Shown: piece by piece, positions 9,035-18,373 of the stretch | Layout of the letters: every line of letters starts with the position of its first letter | Position numbering within the stretch: the stretch's first letter is position 1 | Assembly (NCBI GenBank): GCA_046076065.1 | Contig: JBJTRH010000041.1 | Span: 1-51,509 of the forward strand | Length of the DNA stretch: 51,509 nucleotides | Direction: 5' to 3' | Source of the DNA: Planctomycetaceae bacterium | Lineage (GTDB): Bacteria > Planctomycetota > Planctomycetia > Pirellulales > UBA1268 | Position numbers and translations under genes: made by a program | Notes under the pieces: generated by a model | Databases searched by the model: none | What the model was told of the DNA's origin: nothing | What the model saw: only the letters and a program-made list of their open reading frames with translations

Positions 9035-10570
9035 TTACGGCCGGTCGGCTTCCACGGGAGCGTCGCTGCCCGAGGCTGTGAGGGCTCGGCCGGCGGCCGC
9101 GCGACGCACGTGGCCGTCTTCCGCCACGAGCACGCCCGCCTTGAACACCTTCGCCGGCAGCGCGAACATCCGCGCCAGGTCGCGGTCCGGCCGGTAGATC
9201 GCGAGATCGGCGTCGGCGCCCGGCCCGAGGTGGCCCTTGGTCGTGAGCCCCGCGATCCGCGCCGGGGCCGCCCGCGTGACGATGCACAGTTCCTGGAGCG
9301 AGTATTCGCGGTCCAGGTCCTTCAGCGGGCTCCGCTTCCGCACCGCGGGATGGATCCGCTCGAAGGCCGCGCGGCGGAAGGCGGCGTCGCCGAGCAGGGC
9401 CATGAGGTGCGGGTAGGCCGTGAAGTGGGCGCCATTGGGATGGTCGGTGGTGAGCGCCAGCCGCCACGGGTCGCTCGCCGTGAGGAACCATTCCAGCCCG
9501 ATCGCCCACTGCCAGGCGTGGATCAGGCTCTTCTCCTTGTAGGCGATCGGCAGGATGCCGCAGCCGCCCGAGAGGTGAAGGTCGTGCGACACCCAGGGCA
9601 CGCCCGTGGCGTGCGCGAGATGCTCGGCGGCCGCGGAGTCGCCGGTCATCGCGACCGTCTCGCCAAACAGCACCTGCCCGACGTCGAGCGTGAGCGACTC
9701 GTGCCGGTTGAAATAGTCGACCAGCGGGGCCACGCCGGAGCCGAACGAGCCCTCGTCGAGATCGCCGCCGGCATAGCTGTGGAACTGCACGTGCGCGAGG
9801 TGGGCCCGGCGGCCGCCGAACGCCTTCATCGTCTCGAGCAGGGTCTGCCAGTTGCCGGGCAGGCCGAGGTTGGCGGTGTGCACGTGGAGCGGATGCGGCA
9901 GGCCGATCGTCTCCACCGTCTCCGCGAGCCGCTGCAGCAGGATGCGGGGCGTGAGGGTCCGCCCCGGCAGGGGCGTGTCGAGGTCGTGGTGATCGCCGCG
10001 GGCCTGCCGCCAGAATGCCGCGCCGCCCGGATTGGCCACCTTCACCGCCCAGCCCCCGCCCGCGCGGATCGCGTCGCCCACGAGCCGCGCGATCTCGCGG
10101 GGGGTGCCGCGATCGAGCGCCTCGAGCACCGCGGCGTCGTCGGCGGCGAGCAGGTAGATCCCCTTGTCGAGAATCGGTAGCTCGGCGAGCTCGAGGTGGG
10201 CCCGTGCCGCCGCCGACGTGGCGATCGCGGCGTCGAACACGGTGGTGTAGCCGAGGGCGGCGTAGGCGGCGCCCGTGGCGTGGATCGTGGGCACGGCGGC
10301 CGGAGCGGCCGCGCGGCGGGCGAGGTGCGGGGCGATCCGTCGGCCGAGGCCCACCTTCGGTCCCGCCACGTGGCTGTGGAGATCGACGCCGCCGGGCATC
10401 ACGACGAGGCCCGTGCAGTCGATTCGCCGAAACGCCGCCGCGTCGGCCGGCCGCGGCACGATCCGGCCGCTCTCGATCCAGAGGTCGTCGATCACGCCGT
10501 CGCGGCCGGTGGCGGGATCGTGGATCCTGCCGCCGGTGAGCACGAGGCGGTCGTGGGAGGCGGTCGTCAT
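9035..10570 (-). CDS. fhcA: formylmethanofuran dehydrogenase subunit A homologue / formyltransferase-hydrolase complex subunit A (amidohydrolase fold)
   Basis: 511 aa. The N-terminus LVLTGGRIHDPATGRDGVIDDLWIESGRIV...VVMPGGVDLHSHVAGPKVGLGRRI matches the FwdA/FhcA pattern. Its ATG overlaps the upstream stop (ATGA at 10567-10570). Confidence 0.75.
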   Translation of the reverse strand: MTTASHDRLVLTGGRIHDPATGRDGVIDDLWIESGRIVPRPADAAAFRRIDCTGLVVMPGGVDLHSHVAGPKVGLGRRIAPHLARRAAAPAAVPTIHATGAAYAALGYTTVFDAAIATSAAARAHLELAELPILDKGIYLLAADDAAVLEALDRGTPREIARLVGDAIRAGGGWAVKVANPGGAAFWRQARGDHHDLDTPLPGRTLTPRILLQRLAETVETIGLPHPLHVHTANLGLPGNWQTLLETMKAFGGRRAHLAHVQFHSYAGGDLDEGSFGSGVAPLVDYFNRHESLTLDVGQVLFGETVAMTGDSAAAEHLAHATGVPWVSHDLHLSGGCGILPIAYKEKSLIHAWQWAIGLEWFLTASDPWRLALTTDHPNGAHFTAYPHLMALLGDAAFRRAAFERIHPAVRKRSPLKDLDREYSLQELCIVTRAAPARIAGLTTKGHLGPGADADLAIYRPDRDLARMFALPAKVFKAGVLVAEDGHVRRAAAGRALTASGSDAPVEADRP

Positions 10571-11517
10571 GCGGGCGGCTCCCGGCGCGCCCCGATCCGC
10601 GCCGCGACCTGCCGCAGCGCGGTCGCGTCGGCGGGCAGCCGCACGACGGCGACGTCGCCTGCGGCCCGGGTGACCGCCGCCTCCACCTCGGGCGTGGCCA
10701 CGCCCGCCACCATCACGCAGTCGACCTCGCGGCGGTCGAGCAGGCGGACGGCGTCAGCCTCGGCCGGCAGAAACCGCCCGCCGTCCCGGTCGGCCCGCGC
10801 GATCGCTCCCGCGGCGCCGAACCGCCACGTGCAGACGTCGATCGCGGCATCGCCGCGCTCGCCGAGTGGAACCTCGAAGGCCGGCTTGCGATGGGCGAGC
10901 GCCCGCACGAGCGACGCGGTGCTCCACGCCGCGAGGCCCACGCCGTCGTGCCGCCAGTCGGTGACGAGCGCCACGGTCGTGGCGGTCATGGCCGCGGACG
11001 CGAGCTCGCGGGCGGCGGCGAGCACGTGAGAATCGGCGGCGAGTTCGTCGATCGGGAGGTCGCGGATCGCGGCCTCGACGACGCGGGCCAGATCGACCGC
11101 GGCGTCGGTTGCGAGTGCGAGATGCCGGTGGTCCGCTCTCGGCACGGCGACGTCGCGCGGGCCCACCGCGATCGTGCGGCGGGCCGCGTCGGCCGGCCCT
11201 GGGGCGGCGCCCGCGGCGACGAGCTCGCCTGCCGACGGCCCGGGATCGCAGAACCAGAACACGACGAGATCAGCCCGGTCGCGAAGCTCGCCGGTGTCCG
11301 CTGTCACCGACCCGATGCGGGCGAGCAGCGGACCGATCGTCCGCGATGTCTCGGGGCTTCCCGGGTCGACTGCCGCGGCCACGGCCTCGGCCACGTCGCA
11401 GGCGGCCGCCGCCGCCTCTGGCAGGGCTCCGACGAGGCCCGTGACGAGCACCCGCCGGGCGGCTGCGAGCATGGCCGCGGCACGGTCGAGGTCGGCGGCG
11501 GATGCGGCGGCGGTCAT
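10567..11517 (-). CDS. fhcB: FwdB/FhcB-like protein (formyltransferase-hydrolase complex subunit B homologue)
   Basis: 316 aa. The N-terminus DLDRAAAMLAAARRVLVTGLVGALPEAAAAACDVAEAVAAAVD resembles the FhcB/FwdB N-terminal region. Translationally coupled to fhcA. The call rests on this resemblance and on synteny. Confidence 0.55.
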   Translation of the reverse strand: MTAAASAADLDRAAAMLAAARRVLVTGLVGALPEAAAAACDVAEAVAAAVDPGSPETSRTIGPLLARIGSVTADTGELRDRADLVVFWFCDPGPSAGELVAAGAAPGPADAARRTIAVGPRDVAVPRADHRHLALATDAAVDLARVVEAAIRDLPIDELAADSHVLAAARELASAAMTATTVALVTDWRHDGVGLAAWSTASLVRALAHRKPAFEVPLGERGDAAIDVCTWRFGAAGAIARADRDGGRFLPAEADAVRLLDRREVDCVMVAGVATPEVEAAVTRAAGDVAVVRLPADATALRQVAARIGARREPPA

Positions 11518-11547
11518 GCGGAGCGGAGCATGATCGCTGGGGCGGCG

Positions 11548-12870
11548 TCAGGCAAGGCCCGTGAGCGGGCCGGCGTTGCAGTAGTCGGGATTGCCGAACC
11601 GCTCGAGGCCCGTGTGGCCCAGCGCGTGGGCGAGCGTGAGCAGCAGCCGGTTGTGCGGCACACCGGGAAACTCCAGGGCCCGGCCGGTCGTGAACCCGAG
11701 CCCGCCGCCCACGAGCACCCAGGGGATGTCGTCCTGGGAGTGCGAGTTGCCCTCGCCGAGCTCGTTGGTCCAGAGGATCGTGGTGTGGTCGAGCAGCGAG
11801 CCGGTTCCGCCCGGCTCGGGCGTCTCGGCGAGCCGCTTCGCGAGCCAGGCGATCTCGCCGGCGTACCAGGCGTTGATCTTCGTGAGCTTCTCCTGCGCTG
11901 ACGCGTTGGAGTTGGGCTCGTGGGAGAGCTCGTGCTGGGCCTCGTCGACGCCGATCCACTTCATGTGCGGCTGGCCGACGGAGTTGGTGTATTGCAGGGT
12001 GGCCACGCGGGTGAAGTCGGCTGCCAGCGCCGACACCACGAGCTCGATCTGCATCCGGCTGATCCGCGGCATCTGGTCGTTCTGCTCGACGACGCCCTGC
12101 TCGAGGACCGGCACGGCGTGCTGCGCCGCGGCCGGTTCCGCCGCGAGGTCGCGTTCGAAGCCGCGAACGAGCGCTGTGTGCTCCTCCAGGATCCGCCGGT
12201 CCTCGGCCGGCAGTGTGGCCGCCACCTTCGCGAGATCCTCGTGGACCTTGTCGAGGATGCTCCGCATGCTCTCGCGGTCCTTCGTCTCGCCGTAGAGCCT
12301 GGCGAACATCTGGTAGGGATCGTCGATCGGCGCCACGGGCTTGTTCGGGCCGGCGTAGACCATCCGCGTCCAGGTGTCGGCCTTGTTGGGCACGAGCACG
12401 CCGAACTCCAGCGATCCGAAGCGGGTGTGCGTGTCGGGCGACGCCTGGAGGTGCTGCCGGATCTCCTGGTCGATCGAGATGCCGCTGGCCCAGCCCGCGG
12501 GCGAGGCACTGCCGCCCTGGACGTTGCCCGGAAACAGTTCGATGCCCGTGAGCAGGCAGCCCATGCCCCGCATGTGGTCGTCGCCGTCGCCGCGGACGCT
12601 GTTGTTCACGCCCTTGAGCGTGAGCAGGCGATCCCAGAACGGCTCGAAGGGGGCGAGGATCCGCGGCAGCTCGCGGTCGGCCAGCGGCCCCGCCTCCGGC
12701 CAGAAGGTCTTCTTCACCACGCCGTCGGGACTGAACACGATCACCAGCCGGCGCTTCGGGAGGGCCGGGGCTGCCGCCAGGCTGGGGAGGTTGCCGAGAA
12801 ACGGGAGCACTGCCGAACCCACGCCGAGTCGGCGGAGCAGGTCGCGGCGGGAGAGCGACGGGCGCGTCAT
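11548..12870 (-). CDS. DUF1552 domain-containing protein with Tat-type signal
   Basis: Last 441 codons of track ORF 11548..16398, with the ATG at 12870. [23 protein letters not shown] (twin-arginine signal), then [11 protein letters not shown] and [25 protein letters not shown]. It is the usual partner of DUF1592/DUF1588-family proteins. ATGA overlap with the upstream gene. Confidence 0.7.
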   Translation of the reverse strand: MTRPSLSRRDLLRRLGVGSAVLPFLGNLPSLAAAPALPKRRLVIVFSPDGVVKKTFWPEAGPLADRELPRILAPFEPFWDRLLTLKGVNNSVRGDGDDHMRGMGCLLTGIELFPGNVQGGSASPAGWASGISIDQEIRQHLQASPDTHTRFGSLEFGVLVPNKADTWTRMVYAGPNKPVAPIDDPYQMFARLYGETKDRESMRSILDKVHEDLAKVAATLPAEDRRILEEHTALVRGFERDLAAEPAAAQHAVPVLEQGVVEQNDQMPRISRMQIELVVSALAADFTRVATLQYTNSVGQPHMKWIGVDEAQHELSHEPNSNASAQEKLTKINAWYAGEIAWLAKRLAETPEPGGTGSLLDHTTILWTNELGEGNSHSQDDIPWVLVGGGLGFTTGRALEFPGVPHNRLLLTLAHALGHTGLERFGNPDYCNAGPLTGLA

Positions 12871-15800
12871 CGCGAGGCCTCCGGTGGAAAAGCCGCCACC
12901 TCCATGATATCGACCATCAGCCGGCGGATGTCGAATCCATCGGCCACGAACGACTCGCGAAGCCGATCGAGCGTGTCGACGCCCCAGGCCCTGACGGGCT
13001 GCCTGACCAGCGCGTGGAACAGGGCCTGCACGAACGCCTCCTGGGCATCGCGGCTCGTCGCGCACCAGGCGCCCAGTTCGTGTGCCCCCCGGAACGCCCC
13101 CGCCGGACCGATTCGCGGAAGGTACGACCCCGATGCGTTGATCGGCTTCTCCATGCCCCCGGCCCGCTCCACGGTGCGGTGCCGGCCGATGGCATCGAAC
13201 TCCTCGAGGGCGAAGCCGAGCGGATTGATCATGGTGTGGCACGACTGGCAGGCGACCGCGGCCGTCTGGGCCGCGACCCGCTCGCGGGTGGTGAGGTCGG
13301 CCGCCTGGTCGGCCGCGAGCGGCGCGATCGCCTGCTTCGGCGGCTTGAGCACGTTGCCGAGGATGCTCCGCGCGAGAAACACGCCGCGGTGGATCGGCGA
13401 CGAGGAGGCCGGGTAGGAGAGCACGCTCATGAGATACGGATGCGAGAGCACCCCGCCGCGCCGGCCCTCGTCGAGCCGCACGGCGGTGAAGGCCGCGTCG
13501 GGGGGCAGGGCGACGCCGTACAGCGGCGCGAGCCGGCCGTTGAGATGCACGTCGTCCGCGGTGAACAGCCGGCGGTAGTCGCCCCCGCGCCGCAGCACGT
13601 CGTCGAGCATGAGCCCGAGGCTCGTCCGCAGGTCGGCGGCCACGTCGGGCGTGAACTCGGGGTGCACGGCCGGATCCTTGGCGAGCTCGGGCCCGAGGTC
13701 GACGCGGAGCCACGCGAGCAGGAACTCGCGGAGCTTGGCCGTCGTGCGGCGATCGGCCAGCATCCGTTCCGCCTGCCCGCGGACGTCGGCGGGGGTGACG
13801 AGCTGCCCGCGGGCCGCCGCCTCGAGGAGCGGCTGGTCGGGAATCGAGTCCCAGAGCCCGAACGACAGCCGGGCGGCCGTGGCGAACGGGTCGGCATCGG
13901 CCGGCGGCTCGCGGAACAGGAATCGCGGCGAGCCGAGCGTGACGAGCAGCGAGCGGCGCAGCGCCGTGTCGAGGTCGGGCGCGTCGGCGAACGGCCGGTC
14001 GACCACGAGCGACCGCTGCTCCGCGGTGAGCGGCCGGCGGAAGGCCCGCTCGGCGAACGCGGCGGCGAACGCCCTTAGCCGGGCTTCGCGATCGGGGGCG
14101 TCGCGGCCGACGTGCGACAGCCGCTCGAGACGTTCGAGCACGTGGTCGGCCGTCTCGATGGCCGCGGCCGTGGCGGCGGAGAACCACTCGGCCGACACCC
14201 CCGTGCCGCGGTCGTAGCCCAGCGAGCGGTCGTCCGGCGGGAAGGGCGTCGTGACCGCGAACACCGGCGGCGACTCCGTCGGCACGAGCACCCGCTCGGG
14301 AATCGTCTCGAGACAGCCGAACGGCGGTTTCCAGAGCAGGCGGATCGACGCGGGCGACTCCTTCTCGTTCTCCTTGTTGTCCACGCCCTGGTTGGCCTTC
14401 GAGAACTCCAGCCGCAGCGGATGGGCCCGTCCGCCGAGCAGGAACACGCGGCCGCGATGCTCGGTGCCGTCCCCCGATTGCACATACGCATCGATGGTCG
14501 CCGGCTGGCCCTCGTCGGCGTTGACCCAGAGTCGGGCGGAGTGGTCCGTGTGGATCACGACGTCGTGCCAGCCTGTCTCGGCGGGCACGATCGACCCGGT
14601 CCAGCGGATGGCGAAGCGATCGGGCTCGATCCTGTCGGGGGCCGGTCCCGCGAGCCCGAAGTCGAAGGCGACGCCCGGGTCGATCCGCTCGAAGACGAAG
14701 CCCCGCCGGCGGCTGAACTCGCGGGTCTTGAAGTACGCCCCGGTCAGGCCGCGGGCGTCGTCGATGGGGGGCTGCGGCCCTCGGAAGCTGCCGACCACGT
14801 CGGCGAGCACGCGCTGATGCTGGCGGACCGTGAGCCGCTGCAGCTCGGCACGGGCGGGCCGATTGCGATCGCGGGCCACCGCGGAATAGAAGGACTCGTG
14901 AACGAAGGCTGCGACCTGCCGCGCGGCCTCGCCGGTGACCAGCGTGGGATCGTCCTCGGGCATGGTCTCGTCGATGTAGGCGGCGAGCTGGTTCACGGAG
15001 CGGTCGCCGACCAGCGGGGCCGGCACGTCTGGCGTGCCGACGCCCCCGTCGCCGTGGCAGCGAACGCAGTGCTCGCGATAGATGACGAGCCCGGGCGATT
15101 CGTCGGGCGGCGCGGCCCCGGCGACGCCGGCGATCAGGAGCACGAACACGAGCCCGGCCACCGCGATCACCGTCTCGAGCACCGTCCATGTCCGCAGCGC
15201 GTCGCGGACCGAGAGCCCGAGGAACCGGCACACCAGCCAGAAGCCCGAGTCGTTGACGTGCGACGCGATCGTGCCGCCGGCCGCGATGGCGATGGTCATC
15301 AGCGCGGGAAACGGCTCCGGGCGGCCGGCGGCCGTCACGAGCGGCGCGACGAGCCCGGCGGCGGTGATCATGGCCACGGTCGCCGAACCCTGCAGCAGAC
15401 GGATGACCGCGGCCACGAGCCACGCGATCACCAGCGGCGGCAGCGCGGCCCCGACGAGCGACTCGGCCACGGCCTTGCCGGCGCCGGAGTCGACGAGCAC
15501 CTGCTTGAACACGCCCCCCGCGCCGGTCACGAGCAGGATCGTGCCGGCCGGCTCGAGCGACCGCTCCGCGATCCGCTGCACCTCGGCGGCGGGCATGCCG
15601 AGACGGATGCCGAGGAACCAGAACGCCGCGAGCGTGGCCAGCAGGAGCGCGGTGAAGGGATGCCCCACGAGCGCGAGCCAGCGGGTTGCCGGGCCGTCGC
15701 CGAAGGACGTGCGGGCGGCCGTGTCGCCCACGATCAGCACCAGCGGCAGCGCGAGCAGCGCGATCACGACGCCGAGGTGCGGCGGCCGCCGGCCGGCCGT

Positions 15801-16463
15801 CCGCGGAGCCGCCGCCGCCGCGGGCTGCTCCGCGATCAGCCTTCCCGGCGCCAGGGGCGCGAGCACCCGCACGCCGATCACCGCCGCCACAGCGAGCGTG
15901 GGCACGCCGGCGGCGATTCCCATCGCGATCACCCAGCCGAGATCGGCGTCGAGCAGCTGGGCCACGGCGGTGGGGCCGGGCGTGGGCGGCACGAAGGCGT
16001 GGGTCACGGCCATGCCGGCGAGCATCGGGAAGGCGAACGTCGTGATCCCGGTGCCGGTGCGGCGGGCGGCGGCCGCGGCCAGCGGGAGGAGCATCACGAG
16101 CGCCACGTCGAGGAACACCGGGATGCAGACGAGAAACCCGACCGCCGCCAGGGCGATCCAGGTGCGGGCCGGCCCGACCACGGCGATCAGGCCACCGGCG
16201 AGTCGCTCCGCCCCGCCCGACTCCTCGAGCATCGCGCCGAACATCGAGCCCAGGCCGACCACCACGGCCACGAAGCCGAGTGTGGATCCCATGCCGCCGC
16301 TGATCGAGGCGATCACCTTGTCGGGCGGCATGCCCGCCGCGAGGCCGACGCCGATCGCCGCCGCGAGCAGGGCCACGAAGGGATGGACCTTCGCCCATAC
16401 GACCGCGGCGACGAGCGCCACGACACCGGCGGCGGCGACGAGCACGAGGTTCAGCGATTCCAT
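12867..16463 (-). CDS. GntP-family permease fused in frame to a cytochrome-c / PA14 / DUF1592-DUF1588-family protein
   Basis: Track ORF 12867..17381. The ATG at 16463 begins [18 protein letters not shown].... The GntP permease portion is about 445 aa and ends ...[44 protein letters not shown]. The same frame then continues without a stop into a CVRCH heme motif (about 15054-15068), a PA14-like segment ([32 protein letters not shown]), and a C-terminal region with [19 protein letters not shown]. The in-frame GTG at 15182 is a possible internal start. Confidence 0.7.
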   Translation of the reverse strand: MESLNLVLVAAAGVVALVAAVVWAKVHPFVALLAAAIGVGLAAGMPPDKVIASISGGMGSTLGFVAVVVGLGSMFGAMLEESGGAERLAGGLIAVVGPARTWIALAAVGFLVCIPVFLDVALVMLLPLAAAAARRTGTGITTFAFPMLAGMAVTHAFVPPTPGPTAVAQLLDADLGWVIAMGIAAGVPTLAVAAVIGVRVLAPLAPGRLIAEQPAAAAAPRTAGRRPPHLGVVIALLALPLVLIVGDTAARTSFGDGPATRWLALVGHPFTALLLATLAAFWFLGIRLGMPAAEVQRIAERSLEPAGTILLVTGAGGVFKQVLVDSGAGKAVAESLVGAALPPLVIAWLVAAVIRLLQGSATVAMITAAGLVAPLVTAAGRPEPFPALMTIAIAAGGTIASHVNDSGFWLVCRFLGLSVRDALRTWTVLETVIAVAGLVFVLLIAGVAGAAPPDESPGLVIYREHCVRCHGDGGVGTPDVPAPLVGDRSVNQLAAYIDETMPEDDPTLVTGEAARQVAAFVHESFYSAVARDRNRPARAELQRLTVRQHQRVLADVVGSFRGPQPPIDDARGLTGAYFKTREFSRRRGFVFERIDPGVAFDFGLAGPAPDRIEPDRFAIRWTGSIVPAETGWHDVVIHTDHSARLWVNADEGQPATIDAYVQSGDGTEHRGRVFLLGGRAHPLRLEFSKANQGVDNKENEKESPASIRLLWKPPFGCLETIPERVLVPTESPPVFAVTTPFPPDDRSLGYDRGTGVSAEWFSAATAAAIETADHVLERLERLSHVGRDAPDREARLRAFAAAFAERAFRRPLTAEQRSLVVDRPFADAPDLDTALRRSLLVTLGSPRFLFREPPADADPFATAARLSFGLWDSIPDQPLLEAAARGQLVTPADVRGQAERMLADRRTTAKLREFLLAWLRVDLGPELAKDPAVHPEFTPDVAADLRTSLGLMLDDVLRRGGDYRRLFTADDVHLNGRLAPLYGVALPPDAAFTAVRLDEGRRGGVLSHPYLMSVLSYPASSSPIHRGVFLARSILGNVLKPPKQAIAPLAADQAADLTTRERVAAQTAAVACQSCHTMINPLGFALEEFDAIGRHRTVERAGGMEKPINASGSYLPRIGPAGAFRGAHELGAWCATSRDAQEAFVQALFHALVRQPVRAWGVDTLDRLRESFVADGFDIRRLMVDIMEVAAFPPEASR

Positions 16464-16520
16464 CGGCGACGCCGCGAGGCGCTCCCTGCGAGCCGGCCTG
16501 TAGCGTAGCCTACGCGGGCC

Positions 16521-17582
16521 ATGAAGGCCCTTCTCCTCACCTCGCCGGGCGAGCTGTCGATCGCCGAGGTGGACGATCCCGTGCCCGCCCCCGACGAGGC
16601 CCTCGTGCGGGTGGCGGCCTGCGGGATCTGCGGCAGCGACGTGCACGGCTTCACCGGCGCGACCGGCCGACGGATCCCACCGCTCGTGATGGGGCACGAG
16701 GCGGCCGGCACGGTCGTGGCGGTGGGCGCGGGCGTGTGCGGGCTCGAGGTCGGCGCGCGGGTGGCGATCGACTCCACCGTGTTCTGCGGCGCGTGTGCCC
16801 GCTGCGCGGCCGGCCGTGAAAACCTCTGCTCCCGGCGGCAGGTGCTCGGCGTGTCGTGCGGCGACTACCGGCGTCATGGCTGCTTCGCCGAGTTCGTGGC
16901 CGTGCCCCGCCGCTGCCTGCATCCGCTTCCTCCCGGGCTCGACTTCGTGACGGCGGCGCTGCTCGAGCCGCTCACGATCGCGTTGCAAGCCGCCACGCTC
17001 GGCGCCGCCGGCCCGGCGACGCGGTCGGCGGTGGTCGTGGGGGCGGGCACGATCGGCCTGGCGGCGGTGGCGGCGCTCGTGGCTCGGGGCGTGAGGCGGG
17101 TGGCGGCGATCGACGTCGTGACCGCGCGGCTCGACCGCGCCCGTAGGATGGGCGCCGCGGAGGTGTTCGTGGCCGACCGGCCGGACGTGGGGCGGCTGGC
17201 CGCGGCCTGGGCCAGCGCGACGCCCGACGACGACGGCGCCGACCTCGTGATCGAAGCCGTGGGCACGAGCGACTCCGTGGCGACGGCGGTGGCCGCGGCG
17301 GGCCGGGGCGGCACGGTCGTGCTCGTCGGCAACGTGTCGCCGACGATCGAGCTGCCGCTGCAGGCCGTCGTCACGCGGCAAGTTCGGCTGCAGGGGTCGT
17401 GTGCCTCGGCCGGCTCGTATCCGGAGGCGATCCGGCTGGCGGCGAGCGGCGCGGTCGACCTCACGGGCTTCGTCTCGGCTGTGGCGCCGCTCGTCGAGGG
17501 GCCGGCGTGGTTCGGGCGGCTTCGCCGCGGGGAGCCGGGCGTGGTGAAGGTGGTGCTCTGTCCCGAGGGAGGATTCGCATGA
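16521..17582 (+). CDS. zinc-dependent alcohol dehydrogenase family (L-idonate/sorbitol dehydrogenase-like)
   Basis: 353 aa. Carries the MDR motifs CGICGSDVH, GHEAAG and the structural-Zn CGACARCAAGRENLC. Divergent from the GntP gene across 57 bp. Confidence 0.8.
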   Translation: MKALLLTSPGELSIAEVDDPVPAPDEALVRVAACGICGSDVHGFTGATGRRIPPLVMGHEAAGTVVAVGAGVCGLEVGARVAIDSTVFCGACARCAAGRENLCSRRQVLGVSCGDYRRHGCFAEFVAVPRRCLHPLPPGLDFVTAALLEPLTIALQAATLGAAGPATRSAVVVGAGTIGLAAVAALVARGVRRVAAIDVVTARLDRARRMGAAEVFVADRPDVGRLAAAWASATPDDDGADLVIEAVGTSDSVATAVAAAGRGGTVVLVGNVSPTIELPLQAVVTRQVRLQGSCASAGSYPEAIRLAASGAVDLTGFVSAVAPLVEGPAWFGRLRRGEPGVVKVVLCPEGGFA

Positions 17583-18370
17583 CCGACGTGTCGCTCTTCG
17601 ACCTCACCGGCCGCACCGCCCTGGTGACGGGCGCAAGCCGCGGTCTCGGCCTGCAGATGGCGCGGGCCCTCGCGCGGGCCGGCGCGAACCTCGTGGTCAC
17701 CGCCCGCTCGGTCGACTCGCTCGCCGGCCCCTGCCGCGAGCTGAGAGACCTCGGCCGCACCGTGACTCCCGTCGCGCTCGACCTCCGCGACGAGGCGAGC
17801 ATCCGTGCCGCCGCGGCCGCCGCCCTGGCCGCCGGCCCGATCGACGTGCTCGTCAACAACGCCGGCTGCAATGTCCGCAAGCCGGCCCTCGACGTGACGT
17901 GGGACGACTGGAACACCGTGCTTGACACGAACCTCCGCGGCACGTTCTTCATGGCGCAGGCCGTCGCCCGGCAGATGCTGCCCCGCGGCTGCGGTCGGAT
18001 CGTGAACGTGGGCAGCGTGACGAGCGTGTTCGGGTATGCCGGGCTCGCTCCCTACACCGCGAGCCGGGGCGGCGTGAAGCAGCTGACGATGAGCCTCGCC
18101 GACGAGTTCGGACCGCACGGCATCACGGTCAACTGCCTGGCCCCCGGCTGGTTTCGCACGGCGCAGAACGACGTGCTCTATCGCGACGAGGCCTGGCTCG
18201 CCTACCTCGTGGATCGGATCCCCCTGCGGCGGCCCGGCCGGCCCGACGACCTCGACGGGGCGATCGTGTTTCTCGCGTCGGATGCCAGCGGCTACATCAC
18301 CGGCCAGACGCTGCTCGTCGATGGCGGGATCACGACCGGTGCCACGCGGGCCCTGCCGGCGGCGCGGTGA
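17579..18370 (+). CDS. SDR family oxidoreductase (gluconate 5-dehydrogenase-like)
   Basis: In-frame ATG at 17579 within track ORF 17399..18370. Motifs TALVTGASRGLG, NNAG and YTASRGGVKQLT (YxxxK). ATGA overlap with the upstream Zn-ADH. Confidence 0.8.
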   Translation: MTDVSLFDLTGRTALVTGASRGLGLQMARALARAGANLVVTARSVDSLAGPCRELRDLGRTVTPVALDLRDEASIRAAAAAALAAGPIDVLVNNAGCNVRKPALDVTWDDWNTVLDTNLRGTFFMAQAVARQMLPRGCGRIVNVGSVTSVFGYAGLAPYTASRGGVKQLTMSLADEFGPHGITVNCLAPGWFRTAQNDVLYRDEAWLAYLVDRIPLRRPGRPDDLDGAIVFLASDASGYITGQTLLVDGGITTGATRALPAAR

Positions 18371-18373
18371 GCG

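Noticed and set aside
11548-12870. Possible annotation as DUF1501 (sulfatase-like) instead of DUF1552
   Set aside because: My first impression was DUF1501. However, the upstream partner is of the DUF1592/DUF1588 type (CxxCHxxxxPxGFxLExFD), which pairs with DUF1552, and the sequence lacks the DUF1501-type motifs I recall. An HMM search is needed to settle it.
12871-16398. Upstream 1175 codons of the 1616-aa minus-strand ORF 11548..16398
   Set aside because: Only the last 441 codons (from the ATG at 12870, the DUF1552 protein with a Tat signal) look coding. The remainder is Arg/Gly/Pro-rich and is an off-frame shadow of the GntP/DUF1592 fusion frame.
14112-16508. 798-aa plus-strand ORF (and 473-aa ORF 15082..16503) opposite the GntP fusion gene
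   Set aside because: No motifs and a highly biased Arg/Gly/Asp/His composition. It is antisense to a multi-TM permease with clear family signatures.
16464-17381. N-terminal 306 codons of ORF 12867..17381 upstream of MESLNL
   Set aside because: This region is antisense to a well-supported Zn-ADH gene and has an Arg/His/Gly-rich composition. The GntP homology begins exactly at the ATG at 16463.
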